Shown in pieces: positions 22,634 to 36,090 of a stretch of DNA of 64,000 nt; positions within the stretch are counted from its first letter, which is position 1, and every line of letters begins with the position of its first letter. Location: the NCBI GenBank assembly GCA_965219685.1, contig CBDCOH010000002.1:320001-384000 (forward strand). Direction: 5' to 3'. Under the pieces are notes generated by a model, which was given only the letters and a program-made list of their open reading frames with translations, searched no databases and had not been told where the DNA came from. This stretch comes from Candidatus Spongiisociaceae bacterium. GTDB taxonomy: Bacteria > Actinomycetota > Acidimicrobiia > Spongiisociales > Spongiisociaceae. Position numbers and translations under genes: made by a program.

Positions 22634-23191
22634 ATGGTCTCTACCAACGATGTCAAGACCGGGATGGCGCTCGACCTCCCCGACGGGCTGTTCCAGATCA
22701 TCGAGCACCAGCATGTCAAGCCCGGCAAGGGCAGGGCGTTCGTTCGCATGAAGCTCAGGAACCTCCGTACGGGTGCCGTCATCGACCGCACCTTCCGCGC
22801 CGACGAGAACGTGCCGCAGGCCCTGATAGACCGGCGCGACCACCAGTACCTCTACCGGGACGACTTCGGTTACCACTTCATGAACCTGGAGACCTACGCC
22901 CAGTTCGCCCTCTCGGAGGACGACATCGGGGAAGCCCGCAACTACATCACCGAGGGCTCCACCGTGATGCTGCCGCTCTACGAGGACTTTCCCATCGGCA
23001 TCGAGTTGGCCGCTTCCGTCCAGTTGGAGGTCACCGCCGCGGAACCCGCAGTCCGGGGGGACCGGGTGTCGGGAGCGACCAAGCCGGTTACGCTCGAAAC
23101 GGGTCTGGTCGTCCAGGCGCCGCTCTTCATCGACGCCGGCGACACCATAAAGGTTGACACCCGGTCCGGAACGTACATATCCCGGGTCTGA
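22634..23191 (+). CDS. efp: Elongation factor P
   Basis: HVKPGKG.AFVR, LETG..V..PLFI and VDTR.G.Y..R. Confidence 0.97.
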   Translation: MVSTNDVKTGMALDLPDGLFQIIEHQHVKPGKGRAFVRMKLRNLRTGAVIDRTFRADENVPQALIDRRDHQYLYRDDFGYHFMNLETYAQFALSEDDIGEARNYITEGSTVMLPLYEDFPIGIELAASVQLEVTAAEPAVRGDRVSGATKPVTLETGLVVQAPLFIDAGDTIKVDTRSGTYISRV

Positions 23192-23219
23192 GAACAGAAC
23201 AGACACCTCGCTTCCCGCC

Positions 23220-23594
23220 ATGAAGAGACAGGAGCCGCGCGCCAGGGCGCTTGAAGCGCTCTACCAAGCGGACATGCGCGAGGTGGACGACCCGGCTCGG
23301 GGGCTGAGCGGACGGGCGCGCCGCTACGTGGAAGGGGTGTCCAGCCGCCGGGAGACGTTGGACAGCCGTATCGAGGCCGCATCCGAGCGCTGGCCGTTGC
23401 ACCGGATGGCCGCGGTCGACCGGACGATCCTGCGTCTGGCACTCTACGAACTCCTGTACGAGGCGACACCTACCGCGGTGGTGATCGACGAGGCTGTGGA
23501 ACTCGCCAAGCGGTACTCGACGAGGGGAAGCGGCGCCTTTGTCAACGGGGTGCTGGCTGCCCTGGCCCACCAGGTACGGGCTGGTGAGTGGTGA
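23220..23594 (+). CDS. nusB: Transcription antitermination factor NusB
   Basis: RM..VDR.ILRLA.YE, IDEAVELAK.Y and FVNGVL. The last codons and the stop come from the heptamer array. Confidence 0.93.
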   Translation: MKRQEPRARALEALYQADMREVDDPARGLSGRARRYVEGVSSRRETLDSRIEAASERWPLHRMAAVDRTILRLALYELLYEATPTAVVIDEAVELAKRYSTRGSGAFVNGVLAALAHQVRAGEW

Positions 23595-23633
23595 GTGGTG
23601 AGTGGTGAGTGGTGAATGGTGAATGGTGGTGAA
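23582..23633 (+). repeat. Heptamer tandem array (TGGTGAG)4(TGGTGAA)2 TGG TGGTGAA
   Basis: Read directly. Overlaps the nusB stop. Confidence 0.95.
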
Positions 23634-23690
23634 TCTTGAGGGTATCCGACTGTTGAGCTCGTACCGGGTCACGACGAGCCGGGTGTGGCA
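23634..23690 (+). repeat. 57-bp dispersed element, copy A
   Basis: Ungapped 44/57 identity to copy B (24054-24110). Runs into TGGCAAC TGGCAAC CGGCACC. Confidence 0.85.
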
Positions 23691-23706
23691 ACTGGCAACC
23701 GGCACC

Positions 23707-23991
23707 TCAACCGGTGGCGGCGTGTCCCGTGCCAGGTTCCCTGACTGACCGTGGGGTAGGTGTGACCATGGTTTCGATGCGGACGATCCGTTCACCGTGC
23801 ACCTTGATGTCAGCACGCGTGTCTTTGATTTCGGATCGCGCGTCGTTGATTTCCGATCGGACATCCCGGATATCGGATCGCACGTCCCGGATGTCGGACC
23901 GGATCTCCTTGATGTCGGACCGTATCCAGAGCAGGAGTGCGCTCAGCAGTATGCCGACGACGCCGATCGAGGCGGAGAGAGTCGCTTCCAT
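23707..23991 (-). CDS. Small membrane-anchored coiled-coil protein (94 aa)
   Basis: N-terminal hydrophobic helix, then heptads RSDIKEI RSDIRDV RSDIRDV RSEINDA RSEIKDT RADIKVH encoded by 21-bp repeats. Confidence 0.75.
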   Translation of the reverse strand: MEATLSASIGVVGILLSALLLWIRSDIKEIRSDIRDVRSDIRDVRSEINDARSEIKDTRADIKVHGERIVRIETMVTPTPRSVREPGTGHAATG

Positions 23992-24053
23992 GGTGCTAAA
24001 CATATCCCATCCGGTACCCGCCGGGAACCCCCTTGTTGGTGGATGGTGCCGAC

Positions 24054-24110
24054 TCTTGACGGTACTCGGCTGCCGAGCCAGGACCGGGCAACGATGAGCC
24101 AGGTGTGGCA
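24054..24110 (+). repeat. 57-bp dispersed element, copy B
   Basis: TCTTGACGGTACTCGGCTGCCGAGCCAGGACCGGGCAACGATGAGCCAGGTGTGGCA, with an internal hairpin CTCGG-CTG-CCGAG. Confidence 0.88.
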
Positions 24111-24121
24111 CACCGTCAGCT

Positions 24122-24150
24122 CCTAACACCCGACCCCTAACACCCGACCC
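24122..24150 (+). repeat. C/A-rich heptamer array (CCTAACA CCCGACC)2
   Basis: Read directly. Ends about 30 nt upstream of the putative pyr promoter TGCTACCAT. Confidence 0.8.
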
Positions 24151-24195
24151 CGGCGGTCCGCCAGGTTCTTGTCCTGTACTGCTACCATGAGCCGA

Positions 24196-24226
24196 CCTTT
24201 AACTCGGTCCCGTGAGGCCGGAAAGG
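24196..24226 (+). promoter_or_regulatory. PyrR-binding RNA element in the pyr leader
   Basis: CCTTTAACTCGGTCCCGTGAGGCCGGAAAGG matches the PyrR binding-loop pattern (CCUUU...GUCCnGnGAGG...AAAGG) upstream of pyrR. Confidence 0.85.
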
Positions 24227-24337
24227 AGACCGCTTGCGGCTGTTCAGGGCGCGGTACCCGCGGCGTTTGGCCCCTGGGTTCCAGCACCGACTGCTTCCCC
24301 CCGGCTGTGTTGGTCGACCCGCGTCCAGGAGGTGTTG

Positions 24338-24916
24338 TTGCCGCTAGTCATGACCGCGGAGGATGTGAGCAGGGCGGTCCGGCGCATTGCCCACGAGGTC
24401 ATCGAGGGATCGCCCGGTGTGCTTCCGGTACTGGTCGGGATCCACACCCGGGGCGTGCCCCTCGCCGGCCGGATCGCGGATGCAATCCGGGATTTCGGTG
24501 GATCAGAGGTCCCGGTTGGCGCTCTCGACATCGGTCTGCACCGCGACGATCTGGCCCGCCGGCCCACCGCGCCGCTCGCAGCGACCCGCCTGCCCGTGAA
24601 CATCACGGATCGCACGGTGGTGCTGGTGGACGATGTCCTCTTCACAGGACGAACCGTGCGCGCCGCCCTCGACGCTCTCAACGACTTCGGGCGTCCCTCC
24701 GTGGTGAGATTGGCGGTATTGGTGGATCGGGGGCACAGGCAGCTACCCATCCGGCCCGACCATGTGGGTAAGAACGTGCCCACGTCGAGGATCGAACGTG
24801 TCTCCGTGCGGCTTTCCGAGATAGACGGAGAGGGGGATGGGGTGTGGATCCATCCCAGACTCGAGTCCCCGGACCGGCGGCGGCAGGACATCGACGTCAA
24901 GGAGATCACCGCATGA
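24338..24916 (+). CDS. pyrR: Pyrimidine operon regulator / uracil PRTase
   Basis: [35 protein letters not shown] and VDRGHR.LPI. TTG start after AGGAGG. Confidence 0.95.
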   Translation: MPLVMTAEDVSRAVRRIAHEVIEGSPGVLPVLVGIHTRGVPLAGRIADAIRDFGGSEVPVGALDIGLHRDDLARRPTAPLAATRLPVNITDRTVVLVDDVLFTGRTVRAALDALNDFGRPSVVRLAVLVDRGHRQLPIRPDHVGKNVPTSRIERVSVRLSEIDGEGDGVWIHPRLESPDRRRQDIDVKEITA

Positions 24917-25821
24917 GCTTTCTGACCACCAGGGGCGTCCCCCGCCGGGATCTCGAGGAGCTCCTCGACCTCGCCGGGGAGTTCAAGGAAGTTCTCTCCA
25001 GGCCCATTCCGAAGGTGCCGGCGCTGCAGGGCAAGTTGGTCGCCAACATGTTCTTCGAGAACTCCACGCGCACGCGGCTCTCCTTCGAGCGCGCCACCAG
25101 GGCATTGTCAGCAGATGTCATGAACTTCAGCGCAGGGGCCTCCTCCCTCTCCAAGGGCGAGAGCCTCAAGGACACCGCCCAGACCATCGAAGCTCTGGGC
25201 GCGGACCTCATGGTGGTGAGGCACAAGGCGACCGGCGTCCCTTGGCAGATCGCCGGATGGGTCCAGTGTCCGGTCGTGAACGCAGGCGACGGCGCCCACC
25301 AGCATCCGACCCAGGCCCTTCTGGACTGCCTCACGCTGCGGCAGCGATTTGGCGGCCTCGACGGGCTCCGGGTGGCCATCGTGGGCGACATCCGCCACTC
25401 GAGGGTCGCCCGTTCCAACGTTTTCGCCTTCACGACGCTGGGCGCCCGAGTGGTTCTGGTCGCCCCCAAGACGTTGCAGGCAGTGTCCTCCGCGGGCTGG
25501 TCGGCCGACACGACCGATGATCTCGATGCGGTCCTCGGGGAGGTGGACGTGGTCTACCTGTTACGCATCCAGGCGGAAAGAGGGGGTCTGTCGGTGTTCC
25601 CGTCCCTGCCGGAGTACGTGTCCCGCTACGGGCTGACCCGCGAGCGCTTCGCCCGGTTGTCTCCCGACGCGGTCGTGTTGCACCCGGGACCGATGAACCG
25701 GGGCGTGGAGATAGGCGATACGGTGGCCGCCCACCCGCGCGCTCTGATCCGCGATCAGGTGGCCAACGGGGTGGCGACCCGGATGGCCGTGTTGTTCGCG
25801 CTGCTGGGAGGTAAGGCGTGA
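24913..25821 (+). CDS. pyrB: Aspartate carbamoyltransferase catalytic subunit
   Basis: [26 protein letters not shown] and [11 protein letters not shown]. Confidence 0.97.
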   Translation: MSFLTTRGVPRRDLEELLDLAGEFKEVLSRPIPKVPALQGKLVANMFFENSTRTRLSFERATRALSADVMNFSAGASSLSKGESLKDTAQTIEALGADLMVVRHKATGVPWQIAGWVQCPVVNAGDGAHQHPTQALLDCLTLRQRFGGLDGLRVAIVGDIRHSRVARSNVFAFTTLGARVVLVAPKTLQAVSSAGWSADTTDDLDAVLGEVDVVYLLRIQAERGGLSVFPSLPEYVSRYGLTRERFARLSPDAVVLHPGPMNRGVEIGDTVAAHPRALIRDQVANGVATRMAVLFALLGGKA

Positions 25822-27164
25822 ACGCCGTAAGGCTCGTAGGCGGGACGGCCCTCACCCCCGGAGGCGCCGTCCGGGCCGACGTGCGGATCCGCGACGGCCG
25901 GGTCGTGGATGTAGTGCCGGGTTTCGGGGATGACGGCCGGGGGCCGGGCGTCCCGTCGGGCGACCGGATGATCGACGTGGCAGGCCTGATCGTGGGTCCG
26001 GGACTGGTCGATCTGCACGCCCATCTGCGCGAGCCCGGCCAGGAGTGGAAGGAGGACATCGCCTCCGGGTCCTCCGCCGCAGCGGCCGGAGGATTCACCG
26101 CCGTGGTCGCCATGCCGAACACGAGTCCTCCCACGGACGCGGGGCACTTGGCCCGCTACATCGCGGATCGCGGGAGGCAGGTCGGCCTGGCTGACGTGGT
26201 GCCGGCCGGATGCATCACTGCCGGCCAGGAAGGTAGGCGCCTGGCTCATCTCGACGATTTGTTCGCGGCGGGAGTGCGGGTCTTCACCGATGACGGTCAC
26301 ACGGTGGCCGACGCGGGGTTGCTGCGCAGAGCCATGGAGTACCTGGAGTCCCGGGGAGGGTTGATAGCCCAGCACGCCGAGGATCCCGGCCTGAGCCGGG
26401 GAGGCCACATGCACGAGGGCAAGGTCTCGTCGCTGCTCGGTATGGTGGGGCTTCCTGCTCTGGCCGAGACGGTGGTCGTGGCCCGCGATCTGGCCCTGGC
26501 GGAACTCACCGGCGCGCCCTACCACGTGCAGCATGTGAGCTGCGCGCGGACCGTCGAGTTGATCCACGCCGCCAAGCAGCGAGGGGTGGCGGTGACAGCC
26601 GAGGTGACTCCCCACCATCTCTGGTTCACAGACGAGCACGTCATGTCGATGCACCCGGTCTTCAGGATGTACCCGCCACTACGTACCCGGTCCGACATCG
26701 AGGCTCTCATCGACGGCCTGCGGGAAGGCGTTATCGACGCGGTCGCCACCGATCATGCCCCTCACGCCGCTCACGAGAAGGACGTTCCCTTCGAGGATGC
26801 ACCCAACGGGGTGACCGGGCTGGAGACGGCCTTCTCCGCCGTCCGCTCGGTACTCGACTGCGATCCGCGCAAGCTGTTCCGTCGGATGTCCGTGACACCG
26901 GCCGCCATCGCCGGCCTCGAGCGGCACGGTCGCTGGATCGAGCCCGGTATCCCGGCCAACCTGGTCGTGGTGAACTGGGACGCGGTCTGGAGGCCTGACC
27001 ACTTCCGCTCCAAGTCCTCCAACTCCCCCTTTGCCGGTGTGCAGCTCACCGGGAAGGTGTGTTACACGTTCCACGACGGCCGGCTCTCCTACGATTCCGG
27101 GGCATCTCGCGATTCCTCCACGGGCGAAGCAGCGCGCGCGATCCCGGCCGGTGGAATCCAATGA
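25818..27164 (+). CDS. pyrC: Dihydroorotase
   Basis: [22 protein letters not shown] and ATDHAPH. Confidence 0.95.
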   Translation: MNAVRLVGGTALTPGGAVRADVRIRDGRVVDVVPGFGDDGRGPGVPSGDRMIDVAGLIVGPGLVDLHAHLREPGQEWKEDIASGSSAAAAGGFTAVVAMPNTSPPTDAGHLARYIADRGRQVGLADVVPAGCITAGQEGRRLAHLDDLFAAGVRVFTDDGHTVADAGLLRRAMEYLESRGGLIAQHAEDPGLSRGGHMHEGKVSSLLGMVGLPALAETVVVARDLALAELTGAPYHVQHVSCARTVELIHAAKQRGVAVTAEVTPHHLWFTDEHVMSMHPVFRMYPPLRTRSDIEALIDGLREGVIDAVATDHAPHAAHEKDVPFEDAPNGVTGLETAFSAVRSVLDCDPRKLFRRMSVTPAAIAGLERHGRWIEPGIPANLVVVNWDAVWRPDHFRSKSSNSPFAGVQLTGKVCYTFHDGRLSYDSGASRDSSTGEAARAIPAGGIQ

Positions 27165-28326
27165 GGAGCGGGATCCTCGTCACGGCCGACGGGGAGGTGT
27201 TCGAGGGTAGGTCGGTGGGGACCGACGGAGTCCGGGTCGGTGAGGCCGTTTTCAACACTTCCATGACCGGCTACCAGGAGGTGCTTTCCGACCCGTCCTA
27301 CGCCGGGCAGGTCGTGGTCATGACCTCGCCCCATATCGGCAACTACGGGGTCAGCGATCACGACGACCAGGCAACCGCGCCGGCTGCCCGGGGCTTGGTG
27401 GTGCGTTCCCTCTCGCGGCGCCATTCCAACTGGCGCTCCGAGGGGAGCCTGGCCTCTTACCTGGTCACCCATGATCTGGTCGCCCTGGCCGACCTGGACA
27501 CCCGGCGGCTAACCCGGCATCTCCGGGACTTCGGGGCGATGCCGGTTGCGATCGGCACGGATGTCGATACTGGGGAGATGCGGGAGATCGCCGCCTCGGC
27601 GCCACGCATGGAGGGCCAAGATCTCGCCACCGGGGTGACCACCCCGGTCCCATACCGGATCGAGCCGTCCACGACGCCGGTGGGCCGGGTGGTGGCGATC
27701 GACCTCGGTATGAAGCGCGATATCGGACGCCGCTTGGCGGCCCACGGGCTGGAGGTCGATGTCCTGCCGGCCACCTGCTCGGCCGACGAGATCCTCGATC
27801 TGAGTCCGGACGGGGTGTTCCTGTCCAACGGCCCCGGCGATCCGTACGCCTTGGGGGACCAGATCCGCGCGGTCCGCGGTGTGCTGGGTGAGGCGCCGCT
27901 CTTCGGCATATGTCTGGGCCACCAGATCCTGGGGCTTGCTTTGGGCGCCACGACCTTCAAGCTTCCGTTCGGTCACCACGGCGGCAACCATCCGGTCCGG
28001 AGGCTCGACGACGGCCGCGTCGAGATCACCGCGCAGAATCACGGGTTCGCGGTGGATCTCTGGTCGCTGGCCGGCCGTCAGGGGCCGGAACGCACCGGTC
28101 TGGCCGGTCCTGAACTTCTACCCGAACAGGTGACGAGCGACTTCGGCGAAGTGCGGCCGACCCATCAGAATCTGAATGACGGGACGCTCGAGGGGCTCCG
28201 ATGCCTCGACGTTCCCGCTTTCTCGGTCCAGTACCACCCCGAGGCAGCGCCCGGCCCTCACGATTCGCTGGGTCTGTTCGACGACTTCATGGAACTGATC
28301 GGGCTGACCGCTCCGGACGTCGCCTG

Positions 28327-28327
<1 letters not shown>
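27161..28327 (+). CDS. carA: Carbamoyl-phosphate synthase small subunit
   Basis: [26 protein letters not shown] and [12 protein letters not shown]. Confidence 0.97.
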
Positions 28328-31571
<3,244 letters not shown>

Positions 31572-31572
<1 letters not shown>

Positions 31573-32480
31573 TGGATCGCGCCGTCGTGCTAGGACCGGT
31601 CGAACTCCGATCCCCGTTGATCGGGGCTTCGGGCACCGTCGGGTCCGGGGTTGACTTCGTGGCTGTGGCCGACCCCGGGCGCTACGGGGCGCTGGTCGCC
31701 AAGTCGGTCGCTCCGGACCCCTGGAGCGGGAACCGCCCGCCCCGCCTGGCGCCGGCCGGATTGGGGATGCTCAACGCGATAGGTATCCAGAACCCGGGTA
31801 TCGAGGAGTGGGCGTCCCAGTTCGGCCCACGGTTGGGCGGGATCGGCGTTCCCGTCTGGGGCTCAGCCGTGGGGCACACCCCCGAGGACTTCGCCCGGGT
31901 GGCGAAGGGTCTGGAGGATGCCGGCGTGCAGGCGGTCGAGATCAACCTCTCCTGCCCCAACCTCGACGGACATGGCCTGATTGCACTGGACCCCGCCGCG
32001 TCCGCCCGCGTGGTCGAGGCGGTACGGCGGAGTGTTGCGTTGCCGGTCTCCGCCAAACTGTCGCCTAACGCCTCCGATATCGTGGCGGTGGCGAGGGCGG
32101 TGCGTGAAGCCGGCGCAGACTGGGTGGTGCTGACCAACACCGTGTTGGGAGCGGCGATCGATATCGAGACCCGCCGACCCCGCCTCTCCACGGTCACCGG
32201 GGGGTACTCGGGCCCTCCGCTCAAGCCCATCGCGTTGAGGTGCGTCATCGAGGTTGCGGCCGCCCTGCCGGGGTTTCCGATCGTGGGATGTGGGGGAGTC
32301 ACGAAGGGGGCCGATGTGGTCGAGTTCATGCTGGCGGGCGCGACTGCGGTGGCGGTGGGAACCGCTCACTTCGCCGAGCCGAGGGCCGTTCGGCGCATCG
32401 ACAAGCAGCTGGTCCGATGGTGCCGCAAACATGGTGTGGCCAGGGTTTTTGACCTTGTGGGTGGGGCGGGGAAGAGGTGA
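31572..32480 (+). CDS. pyrD: Dihydroorotate dehydrogenase (class 1)
   Basis: ASGT, MLNAIG.QNPG, EINLSCPN, KLSPN and GG.SG...KP.A. Confidence 0.93.
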
Positions 32481-32694
32481 TCCGGTTGCCCGGTCCACCG
32501 GCCCAGGGTGGTCGACACGGACATCACCGATAAACTGTGGTATTGTACGTTAGGTGGCACAGTTGTGCTATTGGCGCTCGCGAAGCTCGGCAGGGTTCGG
32601 GTGGAGAGAGATGGACTGATGGACCGAACCGAGACCTTCCGGGTGTCGTGGTCGTGAGAGCGGCTCATCGTGATCACCTGAGGCGGAGGGAAAC

Positions 32695-33417
32695 TTGAAA
32701 CAGCGAGACAACCCGATTCTTGTGGCGCTCGACGTTCCCACCGCGGAGCGGGCAGTCCGCATGGCCGAGGGCCTGTCGCCGCATGTCGGTGGTTTCAAGG
32801 TGGGCCTCGAGTTGCTCACCGGGCCGGGGCCCCGCACCATCGGCGTTCTGGCCCGTTTGGGGAAACCCGTGTTCGCCGATGCGAAGCTGCACGACATCCC
32901 TAACACGGTGAAGGCTGCGGCCCGCCATCTTGGATCTGCCGGCGCTCGCTGGATCACCGCCCACGCAGCAGGTGGCGAGGCGATGCTGGAGGCCGCCGTA
33001 GAGGGTCTGGCCGAGGGCGCGGGTGCTCGACGTGCGGGTGTCCTGGCCATCACGGTGCTCACGAGTCTGGATCAGGAGTCCCTGGCTGCCACCGGTGTCA
33101 GCGCCTCGCCCGGGCGGCTCACTTCCCGGCGGGCCCGGTTGGCTGCAACCGTTGGCTGCGAGGGGGTCGTCACGTCGGTCAAGGAGCTTGCGGTCATCTC
33201 CGACGTCGCGCCCGGCCTGGTGAGAGTAGTGCCCGGTATCCGCCCGGCCGGTGTGTCCGCGGACGACCAGGTCCGCACTGCGACTCCGGCCGCCGCCATG
33301 TCGCGCGGCGCTGACTTTCTGGTCATCGGGAGGGCGATCACACAGTCGCCGAATCCGGCAACCGCAGCGAAGGAAATACTGGCTACCATGAATGGCCGTA
33401 TCAGTGGGTTACGATGA
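32695..33417 (+). CDS. pyrF: Orotidine-5'-phosphate decarboxylase
   Basis: VALD, KVGLEL, D.KLHDIPNT, PGIRP and DDQ.R. Confidence 0.96.
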   Translation: MKQRDNPILVALDVPTAERAVRMAEGLSPHVGGFKVGLELLTGPGPRTIGVLARLGKPVFADAKLHDIPNTVKAAARHLGSAGARWITAHAAGGEAMLEAAVEGLAEGAGARRAGVLAITVLTSLDQESLAATGVSASPGRLTSRRARLAATVGCEGVVTSVKELAVISDVAPGLVRVVPGIRPAGVSADDQVRTATPAAAMSRGADFLVIGRAITQSPNPATAAKEILATMNGRISGLR

Positions 33418-33502
33418 GGATTAGAGTGTTGCGCGCCTGGCACGCCTCACTAGAGCCGGATGGACCCTACGATGCCGGTTGTACACGAGCAAAGGAACTT
33501 GC

Positions 33503-33814
33503 ATGGCACCTCCGCATTTGACCCCAGAGCAACGAGCTCAAGCCTTGGAGAAGGCGGCGATGGCCCGCCGGAAGAGAGCCGAGATCAAGCAGTTGCTCAA
33601 GACAGGCTCGCTATCGTTTGCGCAATTGCTGGAAGAAGCAGAGGCGGACCCGATGGTGGCCGGAATCAAAGTCAGTGCGGTACTTGCATCCATGCCAAGG
33701 ACCGGAAAGATCAAGTCCAAGCGCCTGATGGAGCGGCTCGGCATCGCGGAGAACCGACGGATCCGAGGTCTCGGTGAGCGACAGCGCGCCGCTCTTCTCG
33801 AACAGTTCAACTGA
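33503..33814 (+). CDS. mihF: Actinobacterial integration host factor
   Basis: LTPEQRA.ALEKAA.AR..RAE.K..LK and I.E.RR.RGLG.RQR..LL. Lies between pyrF and gmk. Confidence 0.95.
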   Translation: MAPPHLTPEQRAQALEKAAMARRKRAEIKQLLKTGSLSFAQLLEEAEADPMVAGIKVSAVLASMPRTGKIKSKRLMERLGIAENRRIRGLGERQRAALLEQFN

Positions 33815-34379
33815 CCTTGCCGCCGATCCCCCGTCGCGGGGACGGCTGGTAATCATCTCCGGGCCGTCCGGGGTGGGTAAGAATACCGTTGTCCGGGGCA
33901 TGGCGGCCTACCGCACTTTTCACTTCTCCGTATCGGCCACGACCAGGCGGGCCAGACCCGGCGAGACCGACGGGATGGACTATCACTTCGTCGACTGTGA
34001 AGTCTTCGAGTGGATGGTCGAGGAGGATCGGCTGCTCGAATGGGCGGAGTTCGCCGGAAGCCGGTACGGCACCCTCCGTGAAGAGGTACTCGGCCACCTC
34101 GAGGGCGGACGCGACGTCGTACTCGATGTCGAGTTGAGCGGGGCCCTGCAGGTGATGGAGACGTTCCCTGACGCAGTCTCGATCTTCGTCATGCCCCCCT
34201 CGATAGAGGAACTCGAGTCTCGCATGAGAGGTCGGCGGGATATGTCGGAATCCCAGATCGCCACGCGCCTCGCCCTCGCGCACGAGCAGATGCAGGTGGG
34301 TCCGGATCGATTCCGCCATGTTGTGGTCAACGAAGATCTCGATGCGACCGTGGCTTCGATCATGGATATACTCGGGTAG
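33774..34379 (+). CDS. gmk: Guanylate kinase
   Basis: SGPSGVGK, SVSATTR..RPGE.DG.DY.F and LEWAE. Start uncertain. Confidence 0.95.
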   Translation: MSDSAPLFSNSSTDLAADPPSRGRLVIISGPSGVGKNTVVRGMAAYRTFHFSVSATTRRARPGETDGMDYHFVDCEVFEWMVEEDRLLEWAEFAGSRYGTLREEVLGHLEGGRDVVLDVELSGALQVMETFPDAVSIFVMPPSIEELESRMRGRRDMSESQIATRLALAHEQMQVGPDRFRHVVVNEDLDATVASIMDILG

Positions 34380-34580
34380 ACCGTGAGAGAAGACTCACGA
34401 GCGAGCCGGTCCGATCAACCCGGACGCCCGGTCCCGTTCGAGGAGTACGGCAGTCGCGATCACCTCCGGTTCCACAACCCTGTCCGGCGCCCCGTCGGCA
34501 GCGGGTGGGCCTGCGGTGGTCGGCCCGCTGTCCGGTACGGTCCGATGCAAAGCCTAGCTGTTTGAAGGGTGAGTCCGAAG

Positions 34581-34862
34581 ATGATCGAGCCAGCTGTCGA
34601 AGAAGTCATCGAGAAGACCGGTGGGCGTTTCAACCTGGTAGTCCTGGCATCCCGCCGAGCCCGGCAGATCAACAATTACTACAGCCAGCTGGGCGGTGGA
34701 ATCGGTCACTACATACCGCCGCAAGTGCACTCCCTGAGCCACAAACCCCTCACCATCGCTCTGGAGGAGATCGCGGCCGGGAAGCTGACCGTGGCAACAG
34801 AGGAAGGATCCGCCGGTGAGGAGAGTGACAAGGCGGACCTCGATGAGGCCGGAGAAGAGTAA
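34581..34862 (+). CDS. rpoZ: RNA polymerase omega subunit
   Basis: LV..AS.RARQIN.YY.QL and KPL.IAL.EI. Confidence 0.93.
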   Translation: MIEPAVEEVIEKTGGRFNLVVLASRRARQINNYYSQLGGGIGHYIPPQVHSLSHKPLTIALEEIAAGKLTVATEEGSAGEESDKADLDEAGEE

Positions 34863-36057
34863 CCCGGCACTCTACGGCCGCCGCCTGCTTCTGGGTGTAT
34901 CCGGCGGTATCGCTGCGTACAAGGCCGTCTACCTCGCTCGCCGTCTCATAGAGGCCGGAGCGGAGGTGCGCACGGTGATGACCGCCGGAGCCGTCCGCTT
35001 CGTGGGCGAGCAGAGCCTTGGTGCGGTCACCGGGCATCGGGTGATCACCTCCCTGTACGGGGCGATGGAGGTGAGCCCGCATACGGAGTTGGCACGCTGG
35101 GCCGATGCCATGGTGGTGGCACCGGCGACCGCCAACGTCCTGGCGAAGGTCGCCAACGGGCTGTCCGATGATGCCCTCACCGCTACGATCGCCGCTTTCG
35201 ACGGGCCGCTGCTCTTGGCCCCGGCCATGCACAGCGAGATGTGGCAGCAGCCGGCGGTGCGGCGCAACGTACAGACGCTGAAGGACGACGGCCGGTGCCT
35301 GGTCGGGCCCGCATCCGGGGCGCTCGCCGGGGGAGACTCCGGGATAGGTCGGATGGTCGAGCCGGAGGAGATCGTGCAGGCCGTCGCAGGCGTCTTCGAC
35401 TCATCCCTGAATGGGCTGACCGTGCTGGTGACAGCCGGCGGCACGAGGGAGGCCATCGACCCGGTGCGCTACGTGGGGAACCACTCCTCGGGGAAGATGG
35501 GCCACGCGTTGGCGGAGGAAGCTGCGGCTCGAGGGGCGCAGGTGATACTAGTCACGACCGCTCCAGATGTGGTTCTGCCCGGTTCGGTGGAGATCATCGT
35601 GGTCGAGAGCGCGCAGGACATGGCACGTGAGGTCTGGTCCAGAGCCCCGGCCCTGGACGCAGCGGTTCTTGCGGCGGCGGTGGCCGACTTCCGGCCCGTC
35701 GATGTGGCCCGCACCAAGATGGCGCGGACCGACGGGCCACCCACGATCGTCCTCGAGCCGACCCCGAACGTGCTGGCCGGGCTGGTCGAACGGGTCGGTG
35801 GTGGGGTGACGGTGGTGGGCTTCGCCGCCGAGACGGGGGGCATTGACCGGGCCGTCCGGAAGGCTGCCTCCTACGGAGTCGACTTCCTCGTCGCCAACGA
35901 CGTGACCCTTCCCGGGAGCGGGTTCGGTACCGATACCAACCAGGTATCGATCATCTTCCCCGACGGTAGGCAGGAGCCTCTGGAGCTCATGTCCAAGCGG
36001 GGAGTAGCCGCGGAGATCTGGGCGAGGGTTTCGGATGTCCGGCGCCGCCTCGGTTGA
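34843..36057 (+). CDS. coaBC: Phosphopantothenoylcysteine decarboxylase/ligase
   Basis: GGIAAYK, APATAN, PAM...M, TRE.IDPVRY.GN.SSGKMG and GFAAET. Confidence 0.96.
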   Translation: MRPEKSNPALYGRRLLLGVSGGIAAYKAVYLARRLIEAGAEVRTVMTAGAVRFVGEQSLGAVTGHRVITSLYGAMEVSPHTELARWADAMVVAPATANVLAKVANGLSDDALTATIAAFDGPLLLAPAMHSEMWQQPAVRRNVQTLKDDGRCLVGPASGALAGGDSGIGRMVEPEEIVQAVAGVFDSSLNGLTVLVTAGGTREAIDPVRYVGNHSSGKMGHALAEEAAARGAQVILVTTAPDVVLPGSVEIIVVESAQDMAREVWSRAPALDAAVLAAAVADFRPVDVARTKMARTDGPPTIVLEPTPNVLAGLVERVGGGVTVVGFAAETGGIDRAVRKAASYGVDFLVANDVTLPGSGFGTDTNQVSIIFPDGRQEPLELMSKRGVAAEIWARVSDVRRRLG

Positions 36058-36090
36058 ACACCCCTCGCTGCTCCATATACTGAAGCGCTA

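Noticed and set aside
32481-32694. Short matches (GTTGCCCGGTCC, GGCTCATCGTGA) to the reverse complement of the 57-bp element in the pyrD-pyrF gap
   Set aside because: The 12-bp pieces are in the wrong order and spacing, with no flanking heptamer arrays. They may be chance matches in high-GC DNA.
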